Positions 25,385 through 39,197 of a stretch of 64,000 nt of DNA are shown piece by piece. Made by a program: the position numbers and the translations under genes. Each line of letters starts with the position of its first letter. The first letter of the stretch is position 1. Source of the stretch: Torpedo marmorata (taxonomy: Eukaryota); assembly GCA_977017645.1 (NCBI GenBank), contig OZ360249.1:31682001-31746000 (forward strand). Direction: 5' to 3'. The notes below the pieces were generated by a model. It saw only the letters and a list, made by a program, of their open reading frames with translations, did no database searches and was not told the origin of the DNA.

Positions 25385-26339
25385 GTCTTTTCGCTCCCTT
25401 AGTGTCATATCCATAGATTTCTATCAATGTACATCAGTACATTGTTGATCATTTTAACCAAAAATAGACTTTATTCACAATAAATTATTTACAAAAGGAA
25501 AACCGTTCAAAGTGCAAGGTTCATTTTATTGTCATGTAATACATTAAAAATGTAACATACATGATATACTTTAACTTTTGCTCATATGCATACATTTCCA
25601 TCACTGTATATTGTTACATTCATTTCTATTTACACCAATGCCACCATTCTGGCACCTTGTTGTTACTCGCCCCTCTGTTGTTTGAGGGGATTCCCGAGTA
25701 ACATAGCCAACATCCACCCATTGACAACTATAACTAGGTCCATCACTTTTAGACATGGCTACACCCTGTCATCATCCATTTCTGTAAACTCAAGGCTTTG
25801 AAAAATATCAGTGTCTGCATTGCATTTTGCCACCAACATTGCTCATCCATCTCGTTGCTAATCTGTGTTTGCTCCTCACTCCAATGTAAGGTTGCTTTTC
25901 TCCATATGTAAATTTGCATCTCTCTCATCAGCTTCAGATCCTCTATTTGCCCCATCAGGAGTCCCTATTCCTTTACTCGAGTTCTTGTATATCAGTCCTT
26001 CTTCTTACCAACTTTGCTTTTGTTCCAGAGATCTCTTCCTAAACTCTTTGAATCTGAGTTTATTTTTAAGAACCTCCTTAAAATCTACCACCTGGTCATG
26101 CGTTTTTATCACCCACGGAATCTTGCGGTGTGCTTCTGTGCACTGAGGTCTAATGTGAATGCATTTTAAAGACACTGTCTCTCAAATACACAAAAAAAAA
26201 ATCTCATCCAGTCCTTCACCAGGTTACATTTTGTTTTCCCTCATTTAACCTAAGATTAACAATGTTGTATTGGTATTCCACGATTTTCTTTTGTCGGCTT
26301 TGGACTGAACTCGTTGGAGTACAGGATGGGGGGAGGGGG

Positions 26340-26684
26340 GGAGCTCATAGAGGCATTTCAAATGGACAGAGTAGATGTGGCAAGGAAGTTTCCCATGGTA
26401 GGGGAGTCTAGCACAAGAGGGCATAACTTCAGGATAAAAGGGCATCAATTTAAAACAGAAATGTGGAAAAATGTCTTTAGAGGGTCGTGAGTCTGTGGAA
26501 CTTGCTGCCAACAGGCAGCTGTGGAAGCAAGGTTGTTGGGTGTATTTAAGGCAGATTGACAGGTATTTGATTAGTCAGGGTACCAAGGGTTACGGGGAGA
26601 AAGCCGGGGAGTGGGGCAGAGTGGGAGGATGGATCAGCTCACGATCAGAATGGCAGAGCAGACTCGATGTTCCTGTATCTTGTG
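26340..26684 (+). mobile_element. CR1 LINE 3' fragment
   Basis: Matches 7850-8230. Confidence 0.85.
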
Positions 26685-27099
26685 AAAAAGCCTCCATGCA
26701 ACTAAATTGGCCTGGAAGGCATCGCATCCAATTCATTAAAGTAGTTTTGATCTTGCATTAATGTCTTTCACTGCAGTCTAGCTCTGGGAAGCGGTGTGGA
26801 AAGGGGGTACTTTAATCCAAAAGCTTTTTTCGAGGCAACACATTGCAGTTCCCCATGAGTCAGGATGCTGATCAAAAGGCTGACCTGCCATAATAGGAAA
26901 AATCCGGCCTGACAGTGAGGTCAGCCTGAAGTGGACGCACTAGTGTTTGCATTGAAGACTCAACACGTGTTGGTAACGGAACTATCATTACCACAATAAG
27001 AAGAAGGAGAAGGAGAAAAAAATAACCTAAAATAAGAAAACTGTTCGGCAAAAGTAAATAAGGAATTAGTAAGAAAGCCTCCACCCCACCCTCTTCCTG

Positions 27100-27705
27100 A
27101 GACGGGCTCCAACTCCCGAATGCCAGATCCCGGTCCCATTGGCTCGCTCAATCTATCTCCACCCCATTGTCAGGCAAGGTGCGCCAATGATTGGTCCAGC
27201 CGACTGTCAATCAAGCGGCCGGACACCAAAGTTGGCCTGCCCTCAGTCACCATGACGTCATTCGCAGGTGTGGAGAAATTAGCTCTGCGAAATTTTTTTT
27301 TTGGGCTCTCTAACGCACAAAAAGCGACGTGATTAAAGCTGGAAATATGAATTCACCCCTTGATTATTTCTCTCTGCCTCAAAACGTGGCCGCAATCCTC
27401 AGCCGTCCCGGGGCCGCACGGCGAAGGCACCGACCCCCGCGGCGCAAAGCGTTTGACGTCCGATCAGAGGAAAAAAAGGTGCCGGGCGCCACTGCGCGGT
27501 GCTCCGCCTCTGGAGAGAAAATAGATCCAGCGTTTCAACCAAGAGGGAAGCCGCCAGCAGGCCCCAAGAACCGGGGATTCGGTGCAAACTGCCACAATGC
27601 AGTGTGAACGTTAATCCCGAATGCAAGCTGGAGCCAGAGTGTCGGTTTTGGGCGTTTCCCGTGGCGGCGGAAGGAGGCGAAGCGCCCGCGGTTGTCAGAG
27701 AAGGG
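27100..27705 (+). promoter_or_regulatory. CpG-island promoter and probable first exon of an unidentified + strand gene
   Basis: Only CpG-dense non-repeat region; ATTGG at 27138, CCAATGATTGG at 27184-27194, CTGTCAATCA at 27204-27213, TGACGTCA at 27253-27260; donors GTAGGT at 27706 and GTGAGT at 27805. Confidence 0.7.
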
Positions 27706-30700
27706 GTAGGTCTGTGTGTGTGTGTGTGGGAGACTAAAAATAGCAACATTGTATCTTTTTTATACAATTATTCATTTCGCGGCTGATACAGTATCCTCTG
27801 ACTGGTGAGTAAAAATAGCAACATTTCTGCTTCCCCCCCCCCAGCCACCCAAATGTATCTGCTTGGCAGAGAAATTGGAGCATGTTTGGTGGAGATTTGC
27901 CTTTCCTGCCCCAGAGTAATGACAGGCACTGCAGCATCAGAGCTTGGGGGAGCTTACTTTATGTAGAACAGTGGCAATAATCCCTCAGAGTGCCTACCGA
28001 CTATTTTGAAATATATATTTAAAATATATATGCATTGGCAAGGGGGGGGAAATCACGCCCCACGTCCCCACCCCCTCTCCTTGGGATCATTCTCGAGGTG
28101 ATGTGACAGTGGGAATGAGTTCTACTCTGTAATTAACCCGGAAATATTCTGGCATTTCTTTTTCTACCCCATCCCACTCTTGAAGGATTTTTTTTCTGAC
28201 AGTTGAGGAGAAAGTGATGGTGTGCGGCGAACACTCAGAGGTGTAAAAGTTTGGAACACGATTGTCAGGGCCGCCGTCAAAGAGGCAGGAATCAGTAAGT
28301 TCAACCAAACTATTTTTTAAAAAAATAATATTTTTGGGGGTGGGGGGAACGGAAGCTTTACTCTGTATTTTCTTTCAAAGCGGCCCATTTGATTTTGGGG
28401 GGGATTGCCTCATGATTGTGTAAATGCTCTCTTTCACATCCCCGATCTACGTGATCAGTAAATGGGCAAAATAGCCCTGTTGGCTGTCATGTGTTCTTCA
28501 GGGAGACGCGAAAATTGCCCTGTTATGAAGTAATCCATCCAGTTTCCAAAACATTCAGTTACGCGTGCGAGCCAGACGGTCTCACTGAAAGCATTAATTC
28601 AGTTAGTATTCATAACGCAGCCTCTTAAATCCCCACATCGCTTTATTGTAATTGGGCAGTGAGATGAATGTCCTATACAACTTAATAGCTTGACAGATCA
28701 GCTGAATCGTCATGGAGAATGTAATTTTATTGCGAAGTTCTCATAACCAGTCGTGGATATGGTGCTTGTTGTTGATTTTGCCACTGATATTTTTTCAATG
28801 GAACAACCTTCTGCATCTATTTACGTTTAATCCCATAAATACTCTTGTATATCCGGACCATTATAATACGTCAAAATTTCATAAAATGTTTATTTTTGTG
28901 TGAAATTCGCTCATGCTTCTGTGATCGTCCCTCCTTGGTGTTCATCGTTGCTGAAGCTCTCAATGCAGCTTTAAATAAAACAATAATTGATCTTAATTTT
29001 TTTTTTTAATGGGCTGACTGAAAATTGTTTTGGATTCTTGATGGCTGCGCTCGTGGTATTACTTGTTAAAGGTCACGTTTGTTACATGATGTATCACAGA
29101 TTTGTTTTGTCATTTGTAATGTAATATAATATTGTGAACCTGGTGGTCAAAGTTAGTAAGAGCTCTTTAGTAGGCAATAATCTTAATGTGTGAGATGGGC
29201 AAGACTGGCATTAAATTACAGTAGAGACATCTACAGCTCGAATTGTATATGTATAGATAGACGTTGTGTTAACATTTTTATGCATTATATACATACTAAA
29301 TTCTGGCATTTTCTGATCTGTTGTAAAATACGTTGCAATAAATGAATTTATTGTATTACATTAGCTGCTTAAACATACAACGTGGAAAATTCATAAGTAC
29401 TTGTATTTTCAGACTGAAGTGTCAACAGATTTTGAATTAAATGTTCCTGAAAGCATGAAGAATGTGGCTTGTTTCTTGTATGTTCGAGTAATTTTTGCAC
29501 TCACTTAAAATATATCCAGAATTACGTTTCTTCTAAAGGGAAGTAAGTAGTGAGTTCTGGTGATGTGTGGGTCAATGAAAGGATTCTGTAAACATGAGGA
29601 TTTGATCAGTGTGGCTTGGTACAATAATATGCACAGACATCCTGTCGTGTAACAAGAAATTGGGAAGTAATTGGCTTGGAGTTTTGAAACAAAAATAACA
29701 ATTTGAAATGTGAAATACCAAGCGGTAATTTGTTTTGATTTTTTTTTTTCAAGGAAAGTCACAATATACGAAGGTTAATGTCATTAACAGAATAGCACAT
29801 TATGCCTGTGGCCCACGATTGAAAGTCTTCCATTGAATCTATCTACCAAAAGTGGGATGAACTGCAGTGGTATAAACAATTTTAACTAAAAGTTTAAAGA
29901 TACTGACTTTTAATATTTCTTGTTAAAGTTGAATTTTCACAAGTCGATCAAAGTTTTTGTTGATTGATTTTGAATTTGCCGTGATGACAGTTGGACCTTC
30001 TCTTGAAGATTTTGAATCACAACAGTGTAGTATTCCTAGATTTGGTGAACTGCTATATTTAGATAACATGACTGATTATCTTGCATTTTGTTTGGATGAA
30101 CATTGTAGCTTGGGTTGTGAAAGTTTGAGGAAGTCCTGATGTGACAGGTGGTACATAAATGTAAATTTATTCTCAACTTGATATTTAAGTATTAAATATT
30201 TGAACTTGGAAGCAGCATCTAAAAACATTTTTTTATTCTAACTGGATGTGTTCAGGAAATTGAAGACATAAATTTGTAGTTTTACGAGATGGTGCAGTTT
30301 TACTGAATTGATGTTTGCATCATCTTGAAGATTCAATTATTTTAAGTAGTATAACGATGTTCTGGAAAGTTTAAAATCAATATCAAGGAAGTTCAAAATG
30401 TTGAAATAAGCATTTATTATGCTTTTCAAGCCAGCTCAAAATGTGGCCTCTACATTAAGTATAAGGTTGTAATGCCCAATGGAACACCATAGACATGGGG
30501 AAGTTCATATAGTTGTAACACAGCATGTGTCTTTTATTGCACATTTTGGCAGTAGATTTAAGTTTCTGCACCTGCATCTGGGTTTCTGAATTATACATTG
30601 TGGTGAGATTTGTAGCTGCCAAATCCTGTCAGAACTCAGGCTGTTATCAACAAAGCTTTATTTTGGTCCCTCTTTTCTGTAATAAGACTCGGTGCAAAAT

Positions 30701-33700
30701 AAAATGGCTCTAAAACATTGTGAGGTTACTTCAAGAATGTATTTACTTTTGTTGTTGATGGAAGGTTCACGTAGTTGCAGCCTAAATATGAAGGTTTCGC
30801 AATAAATTTCTTGAGAGGAAAGTATTGTGTTTGCCTTAATGAATGCATGGATATTTTGCACTCGTACCTTCTCTCATATCTTGAGTAACATGGAAAGGTG
30901 AGGCTCCAAGCCAGCTTCTTAATTTGTTTTGTTGAACTGCAAGGTTGATAGATTAAATCTTTAGAGATTTCTGTGAAATGTGAACAGGGATGAAAATATA
31001 ATATTGTGAGGAAGCCTTTATTACCAACTAACTGTTATCGAGTCTGATTCAAGCCAGGATCTCTGCCACCCAGTGTTGTGGAGTAATATCTTTGAGACAG
31101 ATGGAAGGGAAATCAGTGATTAAGAGTTTAATTGAAATGAGAAGGAAAGAATATATTTTCTTTGTTTTCAGAGAACAAGCTTGTTCCACAACCAAAATGA
31201 AGTGATGGGAGGAAACAGGAAAGGGAAGGACTAATTAAGGAACGGCTAACAAAAATTAGCTCAAGGATAAAGAAGGGTTGCGTCAGACAATGAAAGGAGG
31301 GCTTTCCTGTTTGTTTTACTGAAATGTATATGCTACGGTGAGGAGTTTTGTTCATTAATGGTATTTGTAGAAATATATTGGTAATGAGTTAATGATAGCC
31401 AAATTCTTTCCAGTTCTCATTTTTCAACATAAATGGATTGTCAAGGCTTGCCCAACATAAAATTGCTGTAGAAGTTAAAATGAAAGTTTGTGGAATGCGA
31501 TTGTCACCTGGATCACTTTGCTTAATCTTACTAAAATGTATGGAATTGGGGAGAAACTTTAATTGTAATTACCACACTTGTTCCAATGCAACTTATATGT
31601 GATGCTTTTAAAATTAGTCTCATGTTACACCAATACTAGTGTCAGACTGCAAATGAGTAGCGTTAAGTAATTTATAACTTCTTCCAACCCAACTTTGAAA
31701 GAACAAAGCTTTGTGGTTATTATGTCAAGCATGTTTGTATGGTTTAAGCAGATAATTTGTCTAGGATTTATGTTCCTTAGGGTGATTTTTTTTTTTTTCT
31801 CTCTTCTTCTCTCTAGAACATACTTAAACCGTTAAACTAGATAAATGACTAATCTGTGATTTGGAATTCAGAGTGCAAATGCTGGAATTTTCAGATGAAG
31901 TGGTTGTAATAGCAACCTTCTCAGAAGGTCGTAAAAAGATCAGATTACTTTTTTAATACACATTTTAGAATGATCTGGTGACTAAACAATTATTTATTCC
32001 CTGTGCAGTAATAGATAAACACTGTACAGCAATGCAAACCTTTTCTCATATGTTATCCACTGTGCATCTTTGATACCTTGGCCCAGATTACTTCTCAGTT
32101 GCCTAAAAAATAGTCGATTGGCTCAGTTTCTGTTTATTGGAGATTGCTGTGCTCAATTGACTGCAGCTTTTGCCTAAATAACTATGGTAAATCATTAGTT
32201 GTGATCTTCTCGTAATGTGAATTATTTGTTTCTGTTCTTGTTCACACCTCTTTTATGTGAATTACTGTGTAGCTGATTGTGGCTTAAAGTGTCAGAATAG
32301 CGAGGTTGAAGATTTTATCTTAAACTGGCAGTTAGTTCATTACAACCCTCGGGATGTTCAGGAAGTCTCGTGGTTATGCGGAAAGGAGCCTGGGGTGGGA
32401 GTTTCCATTTGGGGTTGTGTTGGAAGTGGGATTGTTGCAGTTAAAGGGTGAGGGTCAAAATGGCCAGTGGTACTGGATCCAAAGTTGGGGTTGCAAAAAT
32501 GCCTAATTTTACATGTGGATGAAGTGCTTGTATCAGCTGACAAGCAGATGATTTTATTGGAAAAATGTTATTGTGTTGTGTAGACACTTTTGTAAATGTG
32601 TTTATGTATTGTGTTTGAATTCTATTGAATAATATTGACTTCAAGGTGCAGGAAAGTTCAATAGATTTCAATACCACACTTCTGCATTGTTTTATTCGAT
32701 TGTGTGTACCCATTTAGCCTATCTCCACAGGTTGTGTAGGTATTATTCTGTATATTTACAAACATATGATTAGAATGTGGCCAAGTTGTACTATTGTTAT
32801 TTCAATAAATAACTTTTAACAGATAGGATTGCAGTAAGTTATGATAACTTTCCACAACTCCCCCAATATTTTTGAAAAAGATGTGCATGATTTTTTTTTG
32901 GAAAACAAAAATATTATATAATTCCCAGTTCTTTCTGATCACGTCTTGTCTGGAGAAAATCTGAATGGACAATGACAATGATGAAATAAAATTGCAATAG
33001 ATTTTTTTCCAAAAGGAGCTATAGTCTGTGATCAGTATTACTAAACAAGGTCAGAGGGAAGGATTCCATGAATCATTCCTGTCAAAGCATTTTACTTTTA
33101 TCTTGATGTATTTAATTTAAAACTTATGATTTCTGAGATGTGTGTATTTTGTTGAAGAATGCAGTCCCAATGATCACACAAAGGCACAGTCAGTAAAAGA
33201 TTGATTCTGACCTATAGAGTTGACTTTGCGGGGTTTGAATATTCTTTTGATGAGCACGTGAGTTTCCTCCCACATTCAAAAGATTGGTTGGTTAAGTGGC
33301 CAGTGTAAATTATTTCTAGTTTGTATTGGAGTGATAGAATTGGGGGGAATTGAAGAGAGTAGGAAAACTTAGTTGTGGAATGAGATTACTCTGAGTTGGC
33401 AGAGCTGCTATGGGCTGTTCTGTCTCCTTCGTCATTTGTAATATGGAAATGCATATACATTGAGTTTGCAGCAAGCCAGGCTATGCTTACCCATGCTTTG
33501 AGTTTATAACCACTTTTCCCATCCCACCTACTAGCCTATTTCCCTGGCTGCATGGCTGGAGCAGCAGTTAGTAAGCAGCAACTAAGCTTCGGGTCAAGCT
33601 ATCAAAGGTCTTTTCAACTCTTTTTAAAATGTCTCAACTAATCAGAGTTTTAGCAGGCACCTCGAGAGAAATGACTGTAATCTACATAAAAAATACATCT

Positions 33701-34290
33701 AGGTCTTCTGCACGTGCACGGCAGGGCAGGAATAGGAGTGTACATCCATTTTCCCCATTCAGACTCTGGAGTTCAGGAAACATTTGCTTTTCTTACTGAG
33801 CTGAAGGTTCTGATGCCCCCTGTTACTGCCCCTTTGGCTTTTCTCCAAGTATAGCTGGCATCTGGAGTGTGGATCACTGGCCTTATTTTTAAAAATGTGC
33901 TTTTGAAAAATTAATACTATTGTTTTAAATTTGCATCAGATGAAAATGCTTCATATGCCTCTATTCTTGTTTTATTGATTTTTAATTATGTTTTAGTTAC
34001 ATGTTTTTGAACTGTTGAGTCACGGTTAAATCTCATGGCAACTCGTCATCAGAAGGCCATCTGGGCTGTCTTAGTTTCCTCTTCTTGCATTACTGGTTGT
34101 GGCTTGCGGATCATTCCGCCTCATGGAATGGCTGTGGCAGTAGAAGCTTGGGAGCTGCATGGCTGCGGAAGGGAAGTGTGACTCTAGGGATCCTGCAAAA
34201 GGCAGACACAAAGTGTGGATTGGGTTCAGCACAAACTGGCTTCTTAATATTAATAATCAAACAAGCCACTTACTTTTGCAATTCAACTAA

Positions 34291-34548
34291 GGGCGGCATG
34301 GTTAGCGTAGTGGTTAGCGCATCGCTGTTACAGCGCTAGCGACCCGGGTTTGAATCCGGCGCTGCCTGTAAGGATTTTGTACGTTCTCCCCATGTCTGAG
34401 TGGGTTTCCTCCGGGTGCTCCAGTTTCCTCCCACCCTTCAAAACGTTCCGGGGTCATAGGTCAATTGGGTGTAATTTGGCGGCACGGACTCGTGGGCCGA
34501 AAGGGCCTGTTAGCGTGCTGTATGTCTAAATTTAAAAATAAAAAAAAA
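34291..34548 (+). mobile_element. HE1-like V-SINE, near-consensus
   Basis: GGGCGGCATGGTTAGCGTAGTGG head, GGTTTGAATCC B box, V-domain and tail. Confidence 0.9.
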
Positions 34549-36239
34549 GAGATTGTGCTGTATTCCCTCGATGTGGCTAACTTAAAGCTGAGGGGGTCAG
34601 GTAGAAGGACTCTCTGATCTCATCTCAGAATGATCTGGAAGTTCAGAGACAGCGGGAGGTCGCATGCTGGCTTGTAATCTCCAGTGTGCTCTGTTCTTCA
34701 TGCCTTGGTGTGCAGGCTCATGTGCATAGTGATTTAATCTCCCTGGTGGGTTTCTGTTGACAGCCTTGGTTATCTTTATGCTGTAGTTATCAGTGTAGCC
34801 ACAGGAACTGGTGAGGATTTATTAAACCATTATTTCTTTATCCTTCATCGGGCAGCTAGCTTTATCTAGTCTGCTACCAGTAGTGAAAATGTAGATGCGT
34901 ATTAATCCACAAGTTTCTTCATTATAATGGGAATAAATGTTGGTAGATGGTTAAAGTATTTCAGCTACTGATGTGTTTCAGGACGTATACATGATGTTGA
35001 CCAATTTTATGCACATACATTCAGGTGTTTGAATTTAAATGGCCATCCTATCCTAGCCCTGCAATGACACCAAATTTTTCTGATTCATCCTTGCCATAAT
35101 TTTTCAGCCTTTCATTTGTACACAGTAATGTGGAAGACTTTTTAGCCTCTTGTGCTGTTATCACAATAAACTTTATTGAAATTACCACGATACTTGCACT
35201 ATTTATGATTAATTATTAATACAGAACCCAATTTCCTCACTGTTCCATGGAGCAGGTGCATCTAAGCTTAACACACCCTAGAATATTGGTGACTCGTATC
35301 ATCCAATTGGCTTTGGCGAAAGACATAGAAGCTCGCATGTTTCAATGGATCATGAGTATCAAACATCGGTGGATTTTGTTCATAAATTGAATGCTCAAAA
35401 TCTTTGAACTTGTTTTCCGGCAGCATTTAATATGATTTGTGGAATAATTTTAATGATTCTGATAACTTTTTTGCCAAATTTACAAGGATGAAATCTAATG
35501 GATTTTGAATTCATGCTAGTTGGCATTTGGACCTCATTGACGTTTGCTTGGAGAATATATTTTATTGTTCCTCCTTTGCTAGTTGAAAATTGGGCTTTTT
35601 GATCGTGGGTTCTATTTTACAGATGTACAATCTTAGTTACCTTTGTATAGTATTCAGTGTACACTTTTCTTGAATATTTTAAGAATTTTTCAATTTTGAT
35701 CCTGATACCTCCCATTTTTTTTTTGTAATTTCTCATTGCATGAGAAGTTGCCTGAGGTGTCTGTTCAATGTAACCAATGATCTTTCTAATTAAGTTTAAC
35801 CCTTTAACCAACATTCAAGATTAATTTTTCCTTGTGAAATAATTTTTCAATAATCTGAAATATTGTACTAATGGAACTCTTTTCTAATCTAATGATTTGT
35901 GCATGTACGTCTTGTTGAATAATACCAGTGGAGCTTTGCTACTTGTTAAAACGTGACTGCTTGAATTCATGAGAACTTTGCACTCAGCTGTGCTGAGAAT
36001 TGCTATAGTGGAAGTGTCAGACAACTATAAGAATTAATTCATGTTCATGATAAGTGTGTCACTGTTGTCAAGTATTGCTTGTATCAATTGCGAATGACGA
36101 ATCATTTCAGGATTGTAAAGTAATGGGGCAGATGACATTTAAAATTTATCTGGACATTGTGGATATAAGAACAATTCAGACGGTGGATATTTTGGATTAG
36201 TTTATTGTGCAAAGCCAATGTACTGTCCTCCAGAACAAG

Positions 36240-36655
36240 CCAAGGTGATGAAACACCCCTCGCTTGCCTGGACGAGTGCACTACAAAGATGCTTGAGCTT
36301 ATCCAGGACAAAACCTGACTTGCGTATAAAGCACCATTCTAAATATTTGCTTTCTTCACTGTGATGCACTGTAATTACTGTCTGTACCAGCTGAAAAATG
36401 AGCGAGAACAATTTGCCAAGTTTTCTTCAGCAACACATCCCTATCTGATGACCTCTAACATCTAGAAAAGCAAGCACATTAGCAGTGTGGGACAACTGAT
36501 AGCTGCAAGTTTCCCTCAAAATTGCAGACCACTCTGACTTAGAAAATCTATTTCTGGTACTTCAGTAGGTTAAAATAATGGCCCCTACTGCATAACACCA
36601 CTGGAGCTCTTCATTGCTAGGACTTGCAGCCGTTCATAAAATGATGGCTCGTTGC
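36240..36655 (+). mobile_element. Old CR1/L2-type LINE remnant
   Basis: Similar to 12880-13330 (GCTTGCCTGGACGAGTGCA...ATCCAGGACAAA). Confidence 0.5.
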
Positions 36656-36679
36656 ATTATTCTCGAAGACAATAAGAAG

Positions 36680-37016
36680 CATAGAACATTACATCACAGG
36701 AAACAGGCCCTTTGGCCCTTCTAGTCTGTGCTGAACTATCATTCTGCCTAGTCCCACTGACCTGCACCCAGTCCATACCCCTCCCATCCATGTACCTGTC
36801 CATTTTTCTTTTAAATGTGAAAATTGAGCCCACATTCACCACTTCAGCTGGCAGATCGTTCCACACCTCCACTATTCTCTGTGTGAAGAAGTTCCCCCTG
36901 ATGTGCCCCCTTAACTTTTCCCCTTTCACCCTTAACCCATGTCCTCTGGTTTGTACCTCACCTAACCTCAGTGGAAAAAGCCCACTTGCATTTACTCTGT
37001 CTGTAACCTCTCATAA
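36680..37016 (-). mobile_element. CR1 (HER1-like) LINE 3' fragment
   Basis: RGNFFTQRIVEVWNDLPAEVV; tail AAGGGCCAAAGGGCCTGTTTCCTGTGATGTAATGTTCTATG. Confidence 0.85.
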
Positions 37017-37543
37017 TTAGGGATGGTCATTAAATCTTTTCCTTCTCCAGCCAGTCTTCCTTCCATTTAGTGGAAGGAAGTAAACATTAGGCAATTAGTA
37101 GATTACAAAAGGAGTAAAGCCTAAAATTATTTGGTGGTTACCACATAAAGGCAGAATCTCTCTGGTATAATTACTCATTCTTATTCACTCTTTGCTGAAC
37201 AGGTGCCTTTACTGTAACTCCAAGTTCATAGACACCCCCTCACATTTTCTACAAGCAAAGTGAGTAAGGATTTATTTTTCTGCTTTCATTCCAGTACCAA
37301 GGCCAATGAGAATCTAATTTTGGAGCCAACACTGCAGATGATGGCAATCGAAAACAGAAAATGCCAGAACCATGCAGCTGTTCAGGCAACATTCATGGAT
37401 ACTGAAATGACTGTTCTGATGAAGTGTCTTTGACCTGAAATACTGATTTGCGTTTTTCCGTTCCCAGATGCTGACTGACATGCTGAGTGTTTTAGACATG
37501 TAACGGATGTGTTAATGTTAATATTAATATTTAAAGTTAAGTT

Positions 37544-38487
37544 TTTTTAAAATATTTTATTTAAAATTTTTAAATCACACAATACACAGTTTAAAACGCA
37601 AATTTCTCAAATTACATGTGATACATTTTCACCCTCCCTCCCTCTCTCCCTCCCTCCCCTCCCGAAAAGAAAGAAAGAAGAAGAAAAGGATAGAGTAAGG
37701 AGAATGTCAATCTAAAAAGAACAACTATAAACTGATCTTATTGTGGAGGATAGGCTCGCCAGCCAGACCCGATGTCCAGAGATCTTCAAATCCTTAAACC
37801 AACTATTTTTATGTATGGGCTCCATACTTCCAAAAAGAAATGATACTTATCACGTAAATTATATGTGATTTTTTCGAGTGGTATGCATGAACGCAATTCT
37901 GCGTGCCATCTTTCCAACCCTAAATCTACATCCGACTTCCATGTAGTGGCAATACATTTCTTAGAAACGGCTAAAGTTATACGTAAAAATTCTGTCTGGT
38001 ACATATTTAATTTCACTTTAACACTGGTTCCTTCAATATCTCCAAACAAAAATATCATAGGATCCATTGGAAGTGTAGTTCCTAATACTTTATCTAAAAA
38101 TTTTTTAACTTTCAACCAAAAATCATAAACTTTTGGACAAAACCATGTAGAATGTACAAAAGAACCTTCCTCTATATTACATCTAAAACATAAACCAGAT
38201 AATGTCGGATTAAATTTCTTTAGTCTTTTAGGTGTTAAATATAGTTGATGAAAAAAATTATATTGCACCAATCTATATCTAACATTAATAATCTTCGTCA
38301 TACTTTGTTTACATAATTTTTTCCAGTGTTCTTCATCTATTGTTACATTCAAATCTTTTTCCCAATTTAATCTTGATTTATGAATTCCTGTTTTAGGAAG
38401 TTTCCTCTGTAACAATCTGTACATTTGAGAAATAAATTTAGGCACTCCTCCATTAGTAACTAATAATTCCAATTCAGTCTGTCTTGG
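37544..38487 (-). mobile_element. L1-clade LINE 3' fragment
   Basis: ORF 37786-38472 (CFRC..HSTWFC); 17-bp TSD ATATTTAAAGTTAAGTT at 37527-37543 and 38488-38504. Confidence 0.9.
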
Positions 38488-39197
38488 ATATTTAAAGTTA
38501 AGTTATAGAATTATATTTCTTAGTAAGGGTAGTTGTGGGCTGGTACAGGGTCACACACAGGTCACAGCACATTTGCAGGAAAAACCCATTACTCAGAGAA
38601 AGAGTTCAGTTTGGAGTCGTCGCGTCTAAGAAGACAACAGCCAATAATGAAACAGAAGTGCATTTAAGTGATTTAAGGACAATATGTGGTTTTTAAAAGC
38701 CTTATGATAGCAGCTGTTGCAAACTCAAGTGCCACTTGAGTGACATGTGCCAGACTATTCGGAGTCCTAATCACTTATAATCTTGGAACAGGGATGTGGT
38801 CAGATGTTTTTGTAGATGTAAGTGATTTTGAAGAAAGGCATGAAGTAATGCTTTTGAAAATGAAACTAAAACTGTGGTGATGTAATGTCACATGATGAGA
38901 GAAATATATAATGAAGGGAGAGGGACATTTTGAAAGAAACAGACTGCACCAGACTAAAGAAACTCTGACACTTTGGAAGGACAAAGAAAAAATCTGAAGA
39001 ACTTTGATATTCTGGAAAGGCAGAATCATTTTATGAGCAGTGATCTCTGAGTGGATGGAGGTGTTGTTTCTGTGTATTATCCTTATCATAGGAGATACAC
39101 CATATAAGTGGCTTTTAAAATAAGTAAGACCACTTTCAAATTGTTTCTAAGAAAAGAGGACATCACCGTATGTTACTCCTGATCAAGAAAGAAATCA

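Noticed and set aside
25214-25513. Direct repeat of about 56 bp (CCAAAAATA.ACTTTATTCACAATAAATTATTTACAAAA)
   Set aside because: Looks like duplicated antisense 3' ends of a LINE, with no sign of separate function.
27329-27786. ORFs over the CpG island
   Set aside because: Expected in GC-rich DNA, with no recognisable protein; more likely 5' UTR.
34291-34375. tRNA-like sequences with A and B boxes at SINE heads
   Set aside because: They are fused to the V-domain and LINE tail in many diverged copies, so they are SINE heads rather than tRNA genes.
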